From assembly GCA_035549315.1 (NCBI GenBank), contig DASZRC010000027.1:4514-68513 (forward strand): DNA of 64,000 nucleotides, read 5' to 3'. Below, one piece after another: positions 20,233 to 29,720 of this stretch. How positions within the stretch are numbered: the stretch's first letter is position 1; every line of letters starts with the position of its first letter. A program made the position numbers and the translations under genes. The notes beneath the pieces are model-generated. The model had not been told where the DNA came from and ran no database searches. It was given only the letters and a program-made list of their open reading frames with translations. This DNA comes from Patescibacteria group bacterium (GTDB lineage Bacteria > Patescibacteriota > Microgenomatia > Levybacterales > GWA1-39-11).

Positions 20233-22116
20233 ATGGAAAACATTCTCAATAAACTAAACGCGGAACAAAAAGTTGCAGTTGTAGCAACAGAAGGACCAAT
20301 TATTGTTCTGGCAGGAGCAGGATCCGGGAAAACTCGTGTACTTATTAATCGCGCCCTTTATTTGGTAGTGGAGAAAAAAGTAAGACCGGAGAATATCTTA
20401 CTAGTTACATTTACAAATAAAGCTGCCGGAGAAATGCTTGAGAGGATTACCAAAACATTTAGCGAGTTCAAAATATCCGGCCAACCAATTGTTGGAACGT
20501 TTCATTCAATATGTTCAAAAATATTAAGACGGGATGGAAGAAGTATAAATATCCCAATAGGTTTCCAAATATTTGACGACCAAGACCAATTAGAAACTGT
20601 AAAGGAAGCTTTTTCTTTTCTAGATATTAGCATTAAAGACATAAAACCAAGGTCAGTACTTGCAACTATATCCCAGGCAAAAAACCAAATGATTGACCCT
20701 GCCTCTTATGAATCTTTTGCGCGGGGATATTTTCAGGAAACAGTTGCAAAAATTTACCCCATATATCAAGGCTTATTGCGGGACCATGAGGCCCTAGACT
20801 TTGATGACCTTATGCTAAAAACTATTGAGTTGTTTAAAAATGACCCAATTGTTTTGTCCCGCTACCAAGACCAATTCCAATATATTATGGTAGATGAGTA
20901 TCAGGATACAAATGAGGCCCAATTCCAACTTACAAAACTTCTTGCTGGAAAGGAAAGAAATGTTTGCATAGTTGGAGATTTCTCCCAAAGTATATATTCT
21001 TTCCGTGGGGCGGATTTTAGGAACTTGGAAAAATTTAAAAGGGATTTCCCGGAAAGTAAAACTTTCCCTCTTTCCCAAAACTATCGCTCTACCCAAAATA
21101 TTTTGAATGCTGCCTACTCTGTGATTTCCAATAATACAATGCACCCTGTTTTATCACTCTGGACACAAAACCATGAGGGAGAAGAAATAAAAATATTTCC
21201 GGCAAATAGCGAACACAATGAGGCAGAATTTATAATTGAAGAAATTACCCTTGCCCAATCACGTGACCCCCGCGTAAAGTTTTCTGATTTTGCCGTACTC
21301 TATAGAACAAATGCGCAATCAAGGGCCCTGGAAGAAACTTTTTTGCATAACTCTATTCCATATATATTAGTAGGTGGCACAAGATTTTATGAGAGACGGG
21401 AAGTAAAAGATGTTCTTTCATACATTGCCTACCTTGCAAATCCCAAAAACAAGGTTGCTCTAAAAAGAATTACAAAGCTTGGGAAAAGAAGATTAGAAAA
21501 ATTCCAAGAATTTGTAAAAGAATTCCAGGAAAATGATTATTTATCCAAGAAAACTACAATAGAAGTATTAGATGACGTGTTGAACAAATCTACTTACCTA
21601 AGTCTTTACAATGAAGAAGATCCGGAAGACAAGGCAAGACTTGAGAATATAAAAGAACTGCGCTCTGTGGCAATTGAATTTCCAAATCTTAATTTATTTT
21701 TGGAAAACGTAGCTCTTGTTGAACAGCAATATTCCTCTAATGGAGCGATGCCAGACCTGCCTGCCGGCAGGCAAGGTGGGCCAGTTGGGGAAAATCCGGA
21801 CGCTGTAACTCTTATGACAATGCACGCAGCAAAAGGACTAGAGTTTGGGACAGTGTTTATTGTTGGAATGGAAGAAGGATTATTCCCCCACTCCCAATCA
21901 ACTTTTGATACAGGAGAACTGGAAGAAGAAAGAAGACTTTGCTATGTTGGAATAACAAGGGCCCGCCACAAACTTTATCTTACTTTTGCAAAAAGAAGAT
22001 TATATTTTGGACAACTTGTAAGTAATTCTATTTCCAGATTTATTTTTGAACTTCCGGAAGAAGTTTTGAAAGCAAATTATATAGAAAGAATAGCCAATGA
22101 ACCGGAGTGGATGTGA
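20233..22116 (+). CDS. pcrA: ATP-dependent DNA helicase PcrA/UvrD
   Basis: AGAGSGKT, TFTNKAA, VDEYQD, QNYRS, HAAKGLEF, EEERRLCYVGITRA. Confidence 0.95.
   Translation: MENILNKLNAEQKVAVVATEGPIIVLAGAGSGKTRVLINRALYLVVEKKVRPENILLVTFTNKAAGEMLERITKTFSEFKISGQPIVGTFHSICSKILRRDGRSINIPIGFQIFDDQDQLETVKEAFSFLDISIKDIKPRSVLATISQAKNQMIDPASYESFARGYFQETVAKIYPIYQGLLRDHEALDFDDLMLKTIELFKNDPIVLSRYQDQFQYIMVDEYQDTNEAQFQLTKLLAGKERNVCIVGDFSQSIYSFRGADFRNLEKFKRDFPESKTFPLSQNYRSTQNILNAAYSVISNNTMHPVLSLWTQNHEGEEIKIFPANSEHNEAEFIIEEITLAQSRDPRVKFSDFAVLYRTNAQSRALEETFLHNSIPYILVGGTRFYERREVKDVLSYIAYLANPKNKVALKRITKLGKRRLEKFQEFVKEFQENDYLSKKTTIEVLDDVLNKSTYLSLYNEEDPEDKARLENIKELRSVAIEFPNLNLFLENVALVEQQYSSNGAMPDLPAGRQGGPVGENPDAVTLMTMHAAKGLEFGTVFIVGMEEGLFPHSQSTFDTGELEEERRLCYVGITRARHKLYLTFAKRRLYFGQLVSNSISRFIFELPEEVLKANYIERIANEPEWM
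21755..21777. repeat. Palindromic mini-element P1 in frame within pcrA
   Basis: ACCTGCCTGCCGGCAGGCAAGGT, encoding (D)LPAGRQG in the variable linker before VTLMTMH. Confidence 0.85.
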
Positions 22117-22162
22117 TAATATCATTAAAACATTAACAGATTAAAAATTAACGAACTACGAA

Positions 22163-22178
22163 TCCGCCAGCTGGCGGA
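22163..22178. repeat. Palindromic mini-element family P2 (TCCGCCAGCTGGCGGA) within heptamer repeats
   Basis: Perfect 16-bp palindrome; second copy at 60159. Confidence 0.85.
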
Positions 22179-22240
22179 CGAACTACAATTAGTATTTGGT
22201 ATATGGTAAATAGTGTATAGTAAATGTTAAACAATGTATT

Positions 22241-23203
22241 ATGCCTGACGATATTGAAACTCACCTTCCGAGTCAAAACGAAGTAGAAAAAAACCTAGCA
22301 GAACTCAAGGCAAGAGCTCAAGCAGCTTTTCCTGATGCAGCTGATATATCACTTGAAGAAAGTTATAGAGATATAGAATCCGATCCAGATAACTTTTTTG
22401 CGACAGGAAAATCAAATAATGAAACTATAAGGGCTTATTATGATTATCAAACAGATCTAGAAGATGGAGATATTATTTTTAAAGAATCTTCTGCATCTAT
22501 TATCAATTTCACTGATGGATATATTAATTTTTACAAAATTGGGAGGAAAAAAGGAAATGATAGCCTCAACGATACGGAACATGCCGAAGATGAATGCCTA
22601 ACTATTAAATCGGATAAAGAAGGTAAAGCAATATCCTACATCTTTAATAACCCAAAAGGAAATGACTACCGAATAAATGAATTGAGGACTATGAGAGAAA
22701 CGATAGATAATCCAGACGGAGCAGATATTGAAGGGCCTATAACAAATATCACCATTAGCTATGGACCTGATGGTAACCTATCACACTTTTGGCCACCGCA
22801 GTTTGAAGATTTTTTTGTGAATTCAACTAAAGGTAATTCCACCGAAGAAGTAGATCAATATCTTAAAGATCCCAATCAAGATAGTATTAGTTTTAGAATT
22901 ATAGACACACACCTTGACATAACATACAAGAAAACCGATGACGAACATCTTGGAGTTTTTAACGTAATTATTAAAGACCAAGAAGGAAAGCCTAGATACA
23001 GACTACAGATGTTTAGAAAAATAGATCCAGAAGAAATTGCTGACGCTCTGGACTTTGATCAATTACTCGCTCATCCCGACCAGCCGGCGAATGGGATAGT
23101 AGATGAAAATGGTGAGAATAGAAGATCTTGGGGAGACCTTGAATGGAGACGAGCTAGCTTTCCTGATCTTACCGGCATACACATAACTCCTCTTGATATA
23201 TAA
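22241..23203 (+). CDS. Acidic hypothetical protein
   Basis: 320-aa ORF with no recognised motif. Confidence 0.7.
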   Translation: MPDDIETHLPSQNEVEKNLAELKARAQAAFPDAADISLEESYRDIESDPDNFFATGKSNNETIRAYYDYQTDLEDGDIIFKESSASIINFTDGYINFYKIGRKKGNDSLNDTEHAEDECLTIKSDKEGKAISYIFNNPKGNDYRINELRTMRETIDNPDGADIEGPITNITISYGPDGNLSHFWPPQFEDFFVNSTKGNSTEEVDQYLKDPNQDSISFRIIDTHLDITYKKTDDEHLGVFNVIIKDQEGKPRYRLQMFRKIDPEEIADALDFDQLLAHPDQPANGIVDENGENRRSWGDLEWRRASFPDLTGIHITPLDI

Positions 23204-23210
23204 TCTAATA

Positions 23211-24290
23211 ATGGATCAGTTCATTGATATCACAGAGGAAAATAGAGATGATTACAACAAAGTTGTTGATCATCCACTCCAATCCTATGAGTGGGGAGAA
23301 TTTCGCAAAAAAACCGGAGTAAAAGTAATAAGACGCGGACTTGTCAGAGACCTGCCTGCCGGCAGGCAGGTTGTCGATGGATTTACACTAACCCTTCATA
23401 AGGTTCCAAAAACAAAATACTACATTGGCTATCTTCCAAAAGGAAACAAACCCACCCCCCAAATCTTGGAAGAAATAAAAAGAATAGGAATAGAAAATAA
23501 ATGCATATTTATTCAACTCGAACCAAATTTGGTCAATGGTCAATGGTCAATGGTCAAAGGTTTTAATTTAAAACGCGCAGCACATCCACTGTTTACCAAA
23601 TACACTTTTGTTCTTAACATGCAACATACCGAAGAGGAATTGTTAAAAAATATGCATCCAAAAACTCGCTACAACATAAGGGTTGCAGAAAAACACGGGG
23701 TCAAAGTAAAAGAAGATAATTCAGAATCTGCTTTTAATAACTACCTTAAACTTATGACAGAAACAACAGACAGACAAGGATTCTATGCGCACACCCCTTC
23801 TTATCATAAACACTTATGGGAGATTTTATCAAAAAACGAAAAACGAACCACGAACCACAATTCCTTAACATATCATCTTATTAATGCAACCTATAAGCCC
23901 ACGACTAACGACGAACGAACTACAAATAACGATGCAGTTTTAACATCTTGGGTTTTGTTTGTTTTCCATGACCATCTCTATTATCCGTATGGCGCTTCAA
24001 GCCGCCTGTACCGCGAAACAATGTCTAATAACTTAGTTGCATGGGAAGCAATAAAGTTTGGTAAAAAATTGGGATTAAAAGATTTTGATATGTGGGGAGC
24101 GCTAGGTCCGGAGCCAGATAAGAATGATCCTTGGTATGGATTCCATAGATTCAAACAAGGGTATGGTGCAGAACTTGTGGAATTTGTAGGAAGCTACGAC
24201 TTAGTTATAAAACCCGCTTCTTATGAAGTTTATAAAGTTATGGATAAGCTGCGCTGGGCCGCATTAAGAGTCAAAAAAATGATTGGGTAA
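23211..24290 (+). CDS. FemAB/FemX-family peptidoglycan bridge aminoacyltransferase
   Basis: HPLQSYEWGEF, KTRYNIR.A.K.GV, YPYGAS, FDMWG, GFHRFKQGYG. Confidence 0.9.
   Translation: MDQFIDITEENRDDYNKVVDHPLQSYEWGEFRKKTGVKVIRRGLVRDLPAGRQVVDGFTLTLHKVPKTKYYIGYLPKGNKPTPQILEEIKRIGIENKCIFIQLEPNLVNGQWSMVKGFNLKRAAHPLFTKYTFVLNMQHTEEELLKNMHPKTRYNIRVAEKHGVKVKEDNSESAFNNYLKLMTETTDRQGFYAHTPSYHKHLWEILSKNEKRTTNHNSLTYHLINATYKPTTNDERTTNNDAVLTSWVLFVFHDHLYYPYGASSRLYRETMSNNLVAWEAIKFGKKLGLKDFDMWGALGPEPDKNDPWYGFHRFKQGYGAELVEFVGSYDLVIKPASYEVYKVMDKLRWAALRVKKMIG
23350..23371. repeat. Palindromic mini-element P1 in frame within the femAB-like gene
   Basis: Perfect 22-bp palindrome ACCTGCCTGCCGGCAGGCAGGT, encoding (D)LPAGRQV. 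Confidence 0.9.
23530..23557. repeat. Intragenic heptamer tandem repeat (TGGTCAA)x4
   Basis: Four exact units, encoding LVNGQWSMVK. Confidence 0.9.
23834..23935. repeat. Two intragenic degenerate heptamer runs (AAACGAA/CCACGAA; ACGACTA/ACGACGA/ACGAACT)
   Basis: Period-7 runs at 23834-23861 and 23901-23935, encoding NEKRTTNHN and TTNDERTTNND. Confidence 0.75.
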
Positions 24291-24291
24291 G

Positions 24292-24984
24292 ATGGATAGT
24301 TATTCTCAAAAACAATCAGAAGAGATAGAAAGAATTGAGCGGGCTTTTAAAAGCGGCAATAATCCTTCTCAAGTTGTTGAACCGGTAGATGATTACGCAA
24401 ATGACAACAGACTTTGTCTAACTAGCGTTGTATTCTTGCCAAAAGAGATAACAGAAATTATTACCAACAAATTAATAGAGCCATTAAGAAAGCTTGATGA
24501 AAAACAATATTTCTTTCCCCCGGAATCAATGCACATCACAATAAATAATATTAGAGTTATAAATGACCCTCCGCATTTTAATGATGATGATATAGAAAAG
24601 ACCAAAGAAGTTTTTGGCAGAGTCATCCCAAAATATAAAATGATTAATTTTGACCTAAGGGGATTATGGGACTTACCAACAAGTCTTGCATTAAAAGCCT
24701 TTACCGACGAAAGATTCGGGAATCTAGCAATGGAAATAAGAAAAGAATTGAAAAATGCAGGCGTCCCGGATGATAAATCTTATGGATCAAATGATGTTGT
24801 AATAGGGAGCTCAACAATTGTTCGCTACACATCAAAACCAAATGAAAAATTTATGAAAAAAATAGAAGAACTAAAAAATATTAAGGTTGGATCTTTTGAT
24901 GCAAAAGATATAAAACTTATTGTTACCAACGCAGTTGACCACCCAAACAAAACAAAAATTATAGAATCATTTAGTTTATCTTGA
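24292..24984 (+). CDS. 2H phosphoesterase / 2'-5' RNA ligase-like protein
   Basis: First HxT motif present (SMHITI); the second appears degenerate (GSSTI). Confidence 0.65.
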   Translation: MDSYSQKQSEEIERIERAFKSGNNPSQVVEPVDDYANDNRLCLTSVVFLPKEITEIITNKLIEPLRKLDEKQYFFPPESMHITINNIRVINDPPHFNDDDIEKTKEVFGRVIPKYKMINFDLRGLWDLPTSLALKAFTDERFGNLAMEIRKELKNAGVPDDKSYGSNDVVIGSSTIVRYTSKPNEKFMKKIEELKNIKVGSFDAKDIKLIVTNAVDHPNKTKIIESFSLS

Positions 24985-25009
24985 AATTATTGTTTGATAT
25001 AATTCCTCC

Positions 25010-25843
25010 ATGTCATCAATAGAAAGCGCAATTTCCGGGTTCCAATATAAAATTGCAGAAAAAAAATTACCAATTCAACAAGAAGATGCAAGAAATTTTG
25101 CAACAGCAGTAATGGATTATTCTCCACCGGAAGGATTTTTTGATGCAATTGCTGATTCAATGCAATATATACCAAAAAGACAATTTAATAGAGACCTCCA
25201 AAAAGCAGCTAGGGAAGGAAATGCGTTAACATCTGATAAACCTTATTATGCGGTAGTTCACCATAATCCAGGAAGCGGAATATGGGTATATAGAAATTTG
25301 GTAGACCGCGGAATGAAACCAGCAGAAAAAGTCATCAATAGAAACTCAAGAGAAATGGGAGCAATACTGGAAAAATATAATATAGATAAAGAAGCACTAC
25401 TTGGTGAAATACCAAAAGACACACACATATTAGTACCTGATGATTTATCAATAACCGGTAGCCAAATTGCAGATGAAATGCTTGGGCTCTTACCGCCTGG
25501 TTATTTCAAACAATCTGTTTTGTTATTATATTCATCAGATTATGCTGACTCTGCAATAAATGATGTTGATCCAAAAATAAAAGTTATTAGAGTTGGGCAA
25601 AAAATAAAAAATTTTGGGGATCTAGATCCAAAGATATTTGAGTTTATAAGCAGACTAAATGATCATGCAAATATGGCGAGGGATGGCGCAACAGAAGAAA
25701 CTGAGTCACTTTTTTGGACTTGGTATAAAATACCAGATAGAATCCCGCATATTTTTCTAGGTAAAGGTGGGTTGCCAGTTTTGATAAGACGGCAAGACTT
25801 TCAACCTCCTTATGAAAATGATTATTCTTTATTGGAGAGGTAG
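25010..25843 (+). CDS. Phosphoribosyltransferase-like protein
   Basis: ILVPDDLSITGSQ resembles a PRPP-binding loop. Confidence 0.55.
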   Translation: MSSIESAISGFQYKIAEKKLPIQQEDARNFATAVMDYSPPEGFFDAIADSMQYIPKRQFNRDLQKAAREGNALTSDKPYYAVVHHNPGSGIWVYRNLVDRGMKPAEKVINRNSREMGAILEKYNIDKEALLGEIPKDTHILVPDDLSITGSQIADEMLGLLPPGYFKQSVLLLYSSDYADSAINDVDPKIKVIRVGQKIKNFGDLDPKIFEFISRLNDHANMARDGATEETESLFWTWYKIPDRIPHIFLGKGGLPVLIRRQDFQPPYENDYSLLER

Positions 25844-26262
25844 TCGCGGATCATTGTAAGTTCTGCGGTATGTTCTGCGGTGTGGGCTGTTATAAAAATT
25901 AATCCTCCCCCAACACTATCAATTACCATTTCTCCCATTGGGGTTTCTTCACTCAATTTATCATCTAGCTTTAGACTTCTTGTTCCAAAATCTTCAACTG
26001 CATCAAGCGCCATATCTATTGATGCATTAATATCTTCCAGACTATGTTCACTACCATATTCTGCATCCTTATCCCTTTCAAATTCTAACCCCATAATTTT
26101 CACTCTTAACCAAAAGTTGGCAGACTGAGCGGCATGAAAAGCAACTTGATTTACTTTTGTTCCTTCTTTGTAAACTTGTTTATTAATATCTACCTCGTTA
26201 ACTACTGTTTTAAGTTTTGTAAGATATGACTTTAATCTTTGTGCCGGATTATTCTTTTCCAT
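25822..26262 (-). CDS. DinB/DUF664-like four-helix protein
   Basis: 'QVAFHAAQS..FW', 'RDKDAEY' and 'HTAEH' metal-ligand pattern. Confidence 0.7.
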   Translation of the reverse strand: MEKNNPAQRLKSYLTKLKTVVNEVDINKQVYKEGTKVNQVAFHAAQSANFWLRVKIMGLEFERDKDAEYGSEHSLEDINASIDMALDAVEDFGTRSLKLDDKLSEETPMGEMVIDSVGGGLIFITAHTAEHTAELTMIRDYLSNKE

Positions 26263-26303
26263 ATTTAATATTCTAACTCTTTAACCCGTTAACCCGCAAC
26301 TCT

Positions 26304-26855
26304 TTAACTAACCTTATACAAGTGCATTTTGTTTTCTTTATCCGTTTGTACAAAAGTTAATTCCGGGCCAGATGAATCTTTTGACGCAGAGGGAAATTCA
26401 TAATTAAAACTTACAACCCTTGTTCCTTTTTTAAGTTCTTTTAAAAGTTTTGGTTTTAGTTTTTCCAAAACTCTTGGCACTAAATATACAAATACTACTG
26501 TTGCGGAAGATAAATCTTCTTCAAAAAAATTGGCTTTTTTTAATTTAACTTTTTTGCCCAATTTATTTTTCTTAACATTTATCATGGCAATTATGTGGCG
26601 CGTTGGGTCTATTTCTATTCCCACACTTTGTGCTCCAAATTTTTTGGAAGCTACTACCAAAAATGTTGCATCCCCACTACCCAATTCATATACCAAATCA
26701 TTCTCTGTGATATTGGCAAGAGTTGCTGCTGCCATTGCCTTCTTTCCATTTGTTCTCCACCATGGACTCCAAGGACTATCAGGAGGCCAAACCCAAGAAA
26801 GAATGATAAGCAAAAAACCTATGAAGATAAGAAGGATGATGTTAATAATTTCCAT
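26304..26855 (-). CDS. Membrane-anchored class I SAM-dependent methyltransferase
   Basis: N-terminal TM, YELGSGD, GIEID, ATVVFVYL.P. Confidence 0.85.
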   Translation of the reverse strand: MEIINIILLIFIGFLLIILSWVWPPDSPWSPWWRTNGKKAMAAATLANITENDLVYELGSGDATFLVVASKKFGAQSVGIEIDPTRHIIAMINVKKNKLGKKVKLKKANFFEEDLSSATVVFVYLVPRVLEKLKPKLLKELKKGTRVVSFNYEFPSASKDSSGPELTFVQTDKENKMHLYKVS

Positions 26856-26993
26856 ATAGTTAGATATTCGAAAGTCGCTGGTCGTGATTAGCCGAAGCAG
26901 GCATAATAGTATTTTAGCATGGAAGTGATAGAATCATAAGTAGAATATCAGACCGAAGAATACAAGATTCTTCTCCGATAAATCGGTATCAGA

Positions 26994-27545
26994 ATGACAA
27001 ACGTAAAAATGACTATTGAAGAGATTGCCAAACAACATAAATTTTGTTTTATTTGCGCCGGTGTTTTGGAATACAAAGAAAAGAATTTATTAATCTGCAC
27101 AAAATGCGGTTACCACAAATACATTAATCCAGTCCCATGCAACGGGGCTTTGTTGAAAAATTCTAAAGGTGAAATATTACTTATAGAAAGGCGAATTGAC
27201 CCAATGAAAGGTTATTGGGATTTTCCCGGAGGATTTGTAGATTTGGATGAAAATATAGAAGAATCAATGGCTCGTGAATTAAAGGAGGAAACAGATCTTA
27301 CTATTGTAGATTTAAAATATTTTTGTTCAGAATATGATATTTATACTTATGATGGAATTACCTTTCCCACCCTGGGGTCAATATTTACGGGAACAATTCC
27401 CGACGGTCAAGAAATTACGGTTCACGATGATGTTGCAAGTTACAAATTTTTTGAACCAAGCAAACTCCCATTTGATAAACTCGCTTTCAAAAGTGTAGAA
27501 AAGGCGCTTAAAACCTTAATTGCGGAAAACGCGATTGACCTCTAA
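26994..27545 (+). CDS. NUDIX hydrolase with N-terminal Zn ribbon
   Basis: FCFIC…CTKC and the Nudix box PGGFVDLDENIEESMARELKEET. Confidence 0.9.
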   Translation: MTNVKMTIEEIAKQHKFCFICAGVLEYKEKNLLICTKCGYHKYINPVPCNGALLKNSKGEILLIERRIDPMKGYWDFPGGFVDLDENIEESMARELKEETDLTIVDLKYFCSEYDIYTYDGITFPTLGSIFTGTIPDGQEITVHDDVASYKFFEPSKLPFDKLAFKSVEKALKTLIAENAIDL

Positions 27546-28101
27546 AAGGCTCTATTCTTTTAGCAACATCTAGGATATTCTTTTGGAGTTGATTCATGTC
27601 TGTAGTTAAAGAACCACCCACTTCTCTTACTGGTATTGCAGTTCCCGTATATCTCTCTACCTGTTCCGCGATAGTTTCATTTTTCCCTCCATCCAAATAA
27701 GACTGGTCATACATGACTTTTAAACCTCCTGCCAAACCCACGATAAAACGCCTAACGTGATTTCCAGATGCCCATTCTAAATATGAGGCTGCAACACCCG
27801 TAGAATAGTATCCTGTCTTTATGTAATCGTCTCCACCACCCATTCCAAATTCTCCCTCTACGACTCCGTCGCTAGAGTCTATTTTCCCTTGTCCCTCTAG
27901 CAACTCTTCATTTATGGCTGCCAAAATACTCTCAACTCCAATCTGCTCATTTAGGAAAACTCTCGCCTTATGCATCTCAACTTCTGCGCCTTGCTTCTCT
28001 ATTTGTTCTCCCACAACAGATTCCGCAACCTTCACAACTCCAGCAGTCATCTCTGCCTCTCTAGCTGCTTTAATTTTCCTGAGATCTTCAATAAAACCCA
28101 T
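27508..28101 (-). CDS. Hypothetical protein
   Basis: 197-aa ORF preceded by TATAAT 9 nt upstream. Confidence 0.6.
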   Translation of the reverse strand: MGFIEDLRKIKAAREAEMTAGVVKVAESVVGEQIEKQGAEVEMHKARVFLNEQIGVESILAAINEELLEGQGKIDSSDGVVEGEFGMGGGDDYIKTGYYSTGVAASYLEWASGNHVRRFIVGLAGGLKVMYDQSYLDGGKNETIAEQVERYTGTAIPVREVGGSLTTDMNQLQKNILDVAKRIEPFRGQSRFPQLRF

Positions 28102-28119
28102 AAGGAGGATATTATACCA

Positions 28120-28959
28120 CTAACTTTCACGGCCGTTGCAGATCAGACGAGCAGATTCTTTTATACCTGGCACTCTCTTATGATCTATCTGGTACATTCC
28201 ACTCAATTGTTCATCCGGAACCTTTACCAAATCACAAGTCATAACAATCCCATTATCAATGAACCTGGTTTTTTCTTCTTTTGAAATATCTGTAAGCGTT
28301 GTAACCGGATACATCTTGGGCCTTTCTACAAAGTCTTGAAGATTTCCTTCTTCCGGATAATTCCATGCAAGCGTTTTAACACCTTTACACTCTGCATAAG
28401 TTATGGCGTCTGTTGTAAGCTTGGTATTTGTTGCTACCCAAACAGCATCAATTTTGTTTTTCTCTTTTACATCTAAAAATCTTGCATAGGTATAAAGAAT
28501 TACCTGGACATCAGACTTGCCAAAAGTCTGGTTGTGGAATTTTACTTCTACAATTTCCCTTCTTCCATCTTTTTCGAGGACTATATCTATCTCATGGCTC
28601 ACACACTCACCCTGCATAATTACATCTGTCTGGGTTTTGTAACCTTGGTCTTGAAAGATTGCGGCAAGATATTTTTCAAAAGGGAAGCCTGTTGGCCCCA
28701 GCTCAAAGATTGCTTGGCGGAGATTAAAACGGAGGCCGGCTTTTTTATCTTTGTCTATTAAGAATTCACGGATGTGATAGAAGATTTCATCTGTTGTGAT
28801 GTAGCCGTTTGCCGGTACCTTTTCCCTAATGTGCTCTAGAACTCTATCATGGAGTTCTTTTGGTACGCCAACACGGGTCATGGAGCGGATGACGCGAGCG
28901 TCATCAAACTTAACCTGCTCTCCATTCCGCTTAACTACTATAATAGGTTCACTAGGCAT
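28120..28959 (-). CDS. ATP-cone domain plus Mrr-type PD-(D/E)xK endonuclease
   Basis: VVKRNG..VKFD (ATP cone); GPTGFPFEKY, HEIDI and EVKFH. Confidence 0.85.
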   Translation of the reverse strand: MPSEPIIVVKRNGEQVKFDDARVIRSMTRVGVPKELHDRVLEHIREKVPANGYITTDEIFYHIREFLIDKDKKAGLRFNLRQAIFELGPTGFPFEKYLAAIFQDQGYKTQTDVIMQGECVSHEIDIVLEKDGRREIVEVKFHNQTFGKSDVQVILYTYARFLDVKEKNKIDAVWVATNTKLTTDAITYAECKGVKTLAWNYPEEGNLQDFVERPKMYPVTTLTDISKEEKTRFIDNGIVMTCDLVKVPDEQLSGMYQIDHKRVPGIKESARLICNGRES

Positions 28960-29078
28960 TAAGAATAGTATACTAAATTAGTTAATAGTTTGTAGCTTAT
29001 GACTATAAAATGTACCTTAAATTGAGAATTGTAAGAAACTCTTGAAATTCACCTGAAAATGGAGCAAAAATTAATTAT

Positions 29079-29639
29079 ATGGCTACCGAAGATAAAACAC
29101 CAAAAGACCCTATTGGGAAATTAATTTCAGAACATACGGAATACTCTAAAAATAAAGATGAACTTTTAGATATTCATGTTGGTAATCCCCTCAAGAGAAT
29201 TACAGAACTACTTGAGGAAATAAAAAAACAAAAAGCTTTTAGCTTTACACTCAAAGGCTCTTTAGGAATAGCAGGTGTTTTCCTTGCCTTATCTATCTTC
29301 GGAATACTCGGGGGAGGAGCGATTTTGTGTGACAAGGGTAATCAAAGCCAGGTGGGAATAGTTAAAGTATTGAACGTAAAAGATACGGATAACGCATCCG
29401 ACTTGCCTGTTATATCTTTATGGATAAATTATTTCGCACCAAAACACACGTACAATCGTACTGTATTAGTGAAACAGAATGGAGATATCATTAGGCTTCC
29501 ATATTCTAATAAGGTTGACTTCTCGAACTATTCTAACTACCAAGTATTGGCAACTGGAAGTTATGATTCCTGCAGCCAAAGCCTTACAATTAACGACCCG
29601 TCTGGAATAGAAGTTTACTTAAATTCTCCTAAGAATTGA
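29079..29639 (+). CDS. Hypothetical membrane protein
   Basis: 186 aa with one TM segment. Confidence 0.65.
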   Translation: MATEDKTPKDPIGKLISEHTEYSKNKDELLDIHVGNPLKRITELLEEIKKQKAFSFTLKGSLGIAGVFLALSIFGILGGGAILCDKGNQSQVGIVKVLNVKDTDNASDLPVISLWINYFAPKHTYNRTVLVKQNGDIIRLPYSNKVDFSNYSNYQVLATGSYDSCSQSLTINDPSGIEVYLNSPKN

Positions 29640-29720
29640 AAATAGTTCTTGGTCTACTAATCAAAATCCTTTTACTTTTGGGTCTACTCATGCTATCATT
29701 CGGAACATTGGAATTAACAT

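Noticed and set aside
26365-26395. Extra loop segment in the methyltransferase (PSASKDSSGPE); a similar one in comF (KNLSVAKRIP)
   Set aside because: They could be decayed insertions, but I see no palindrome or periodicity and cannot support this without alignments.
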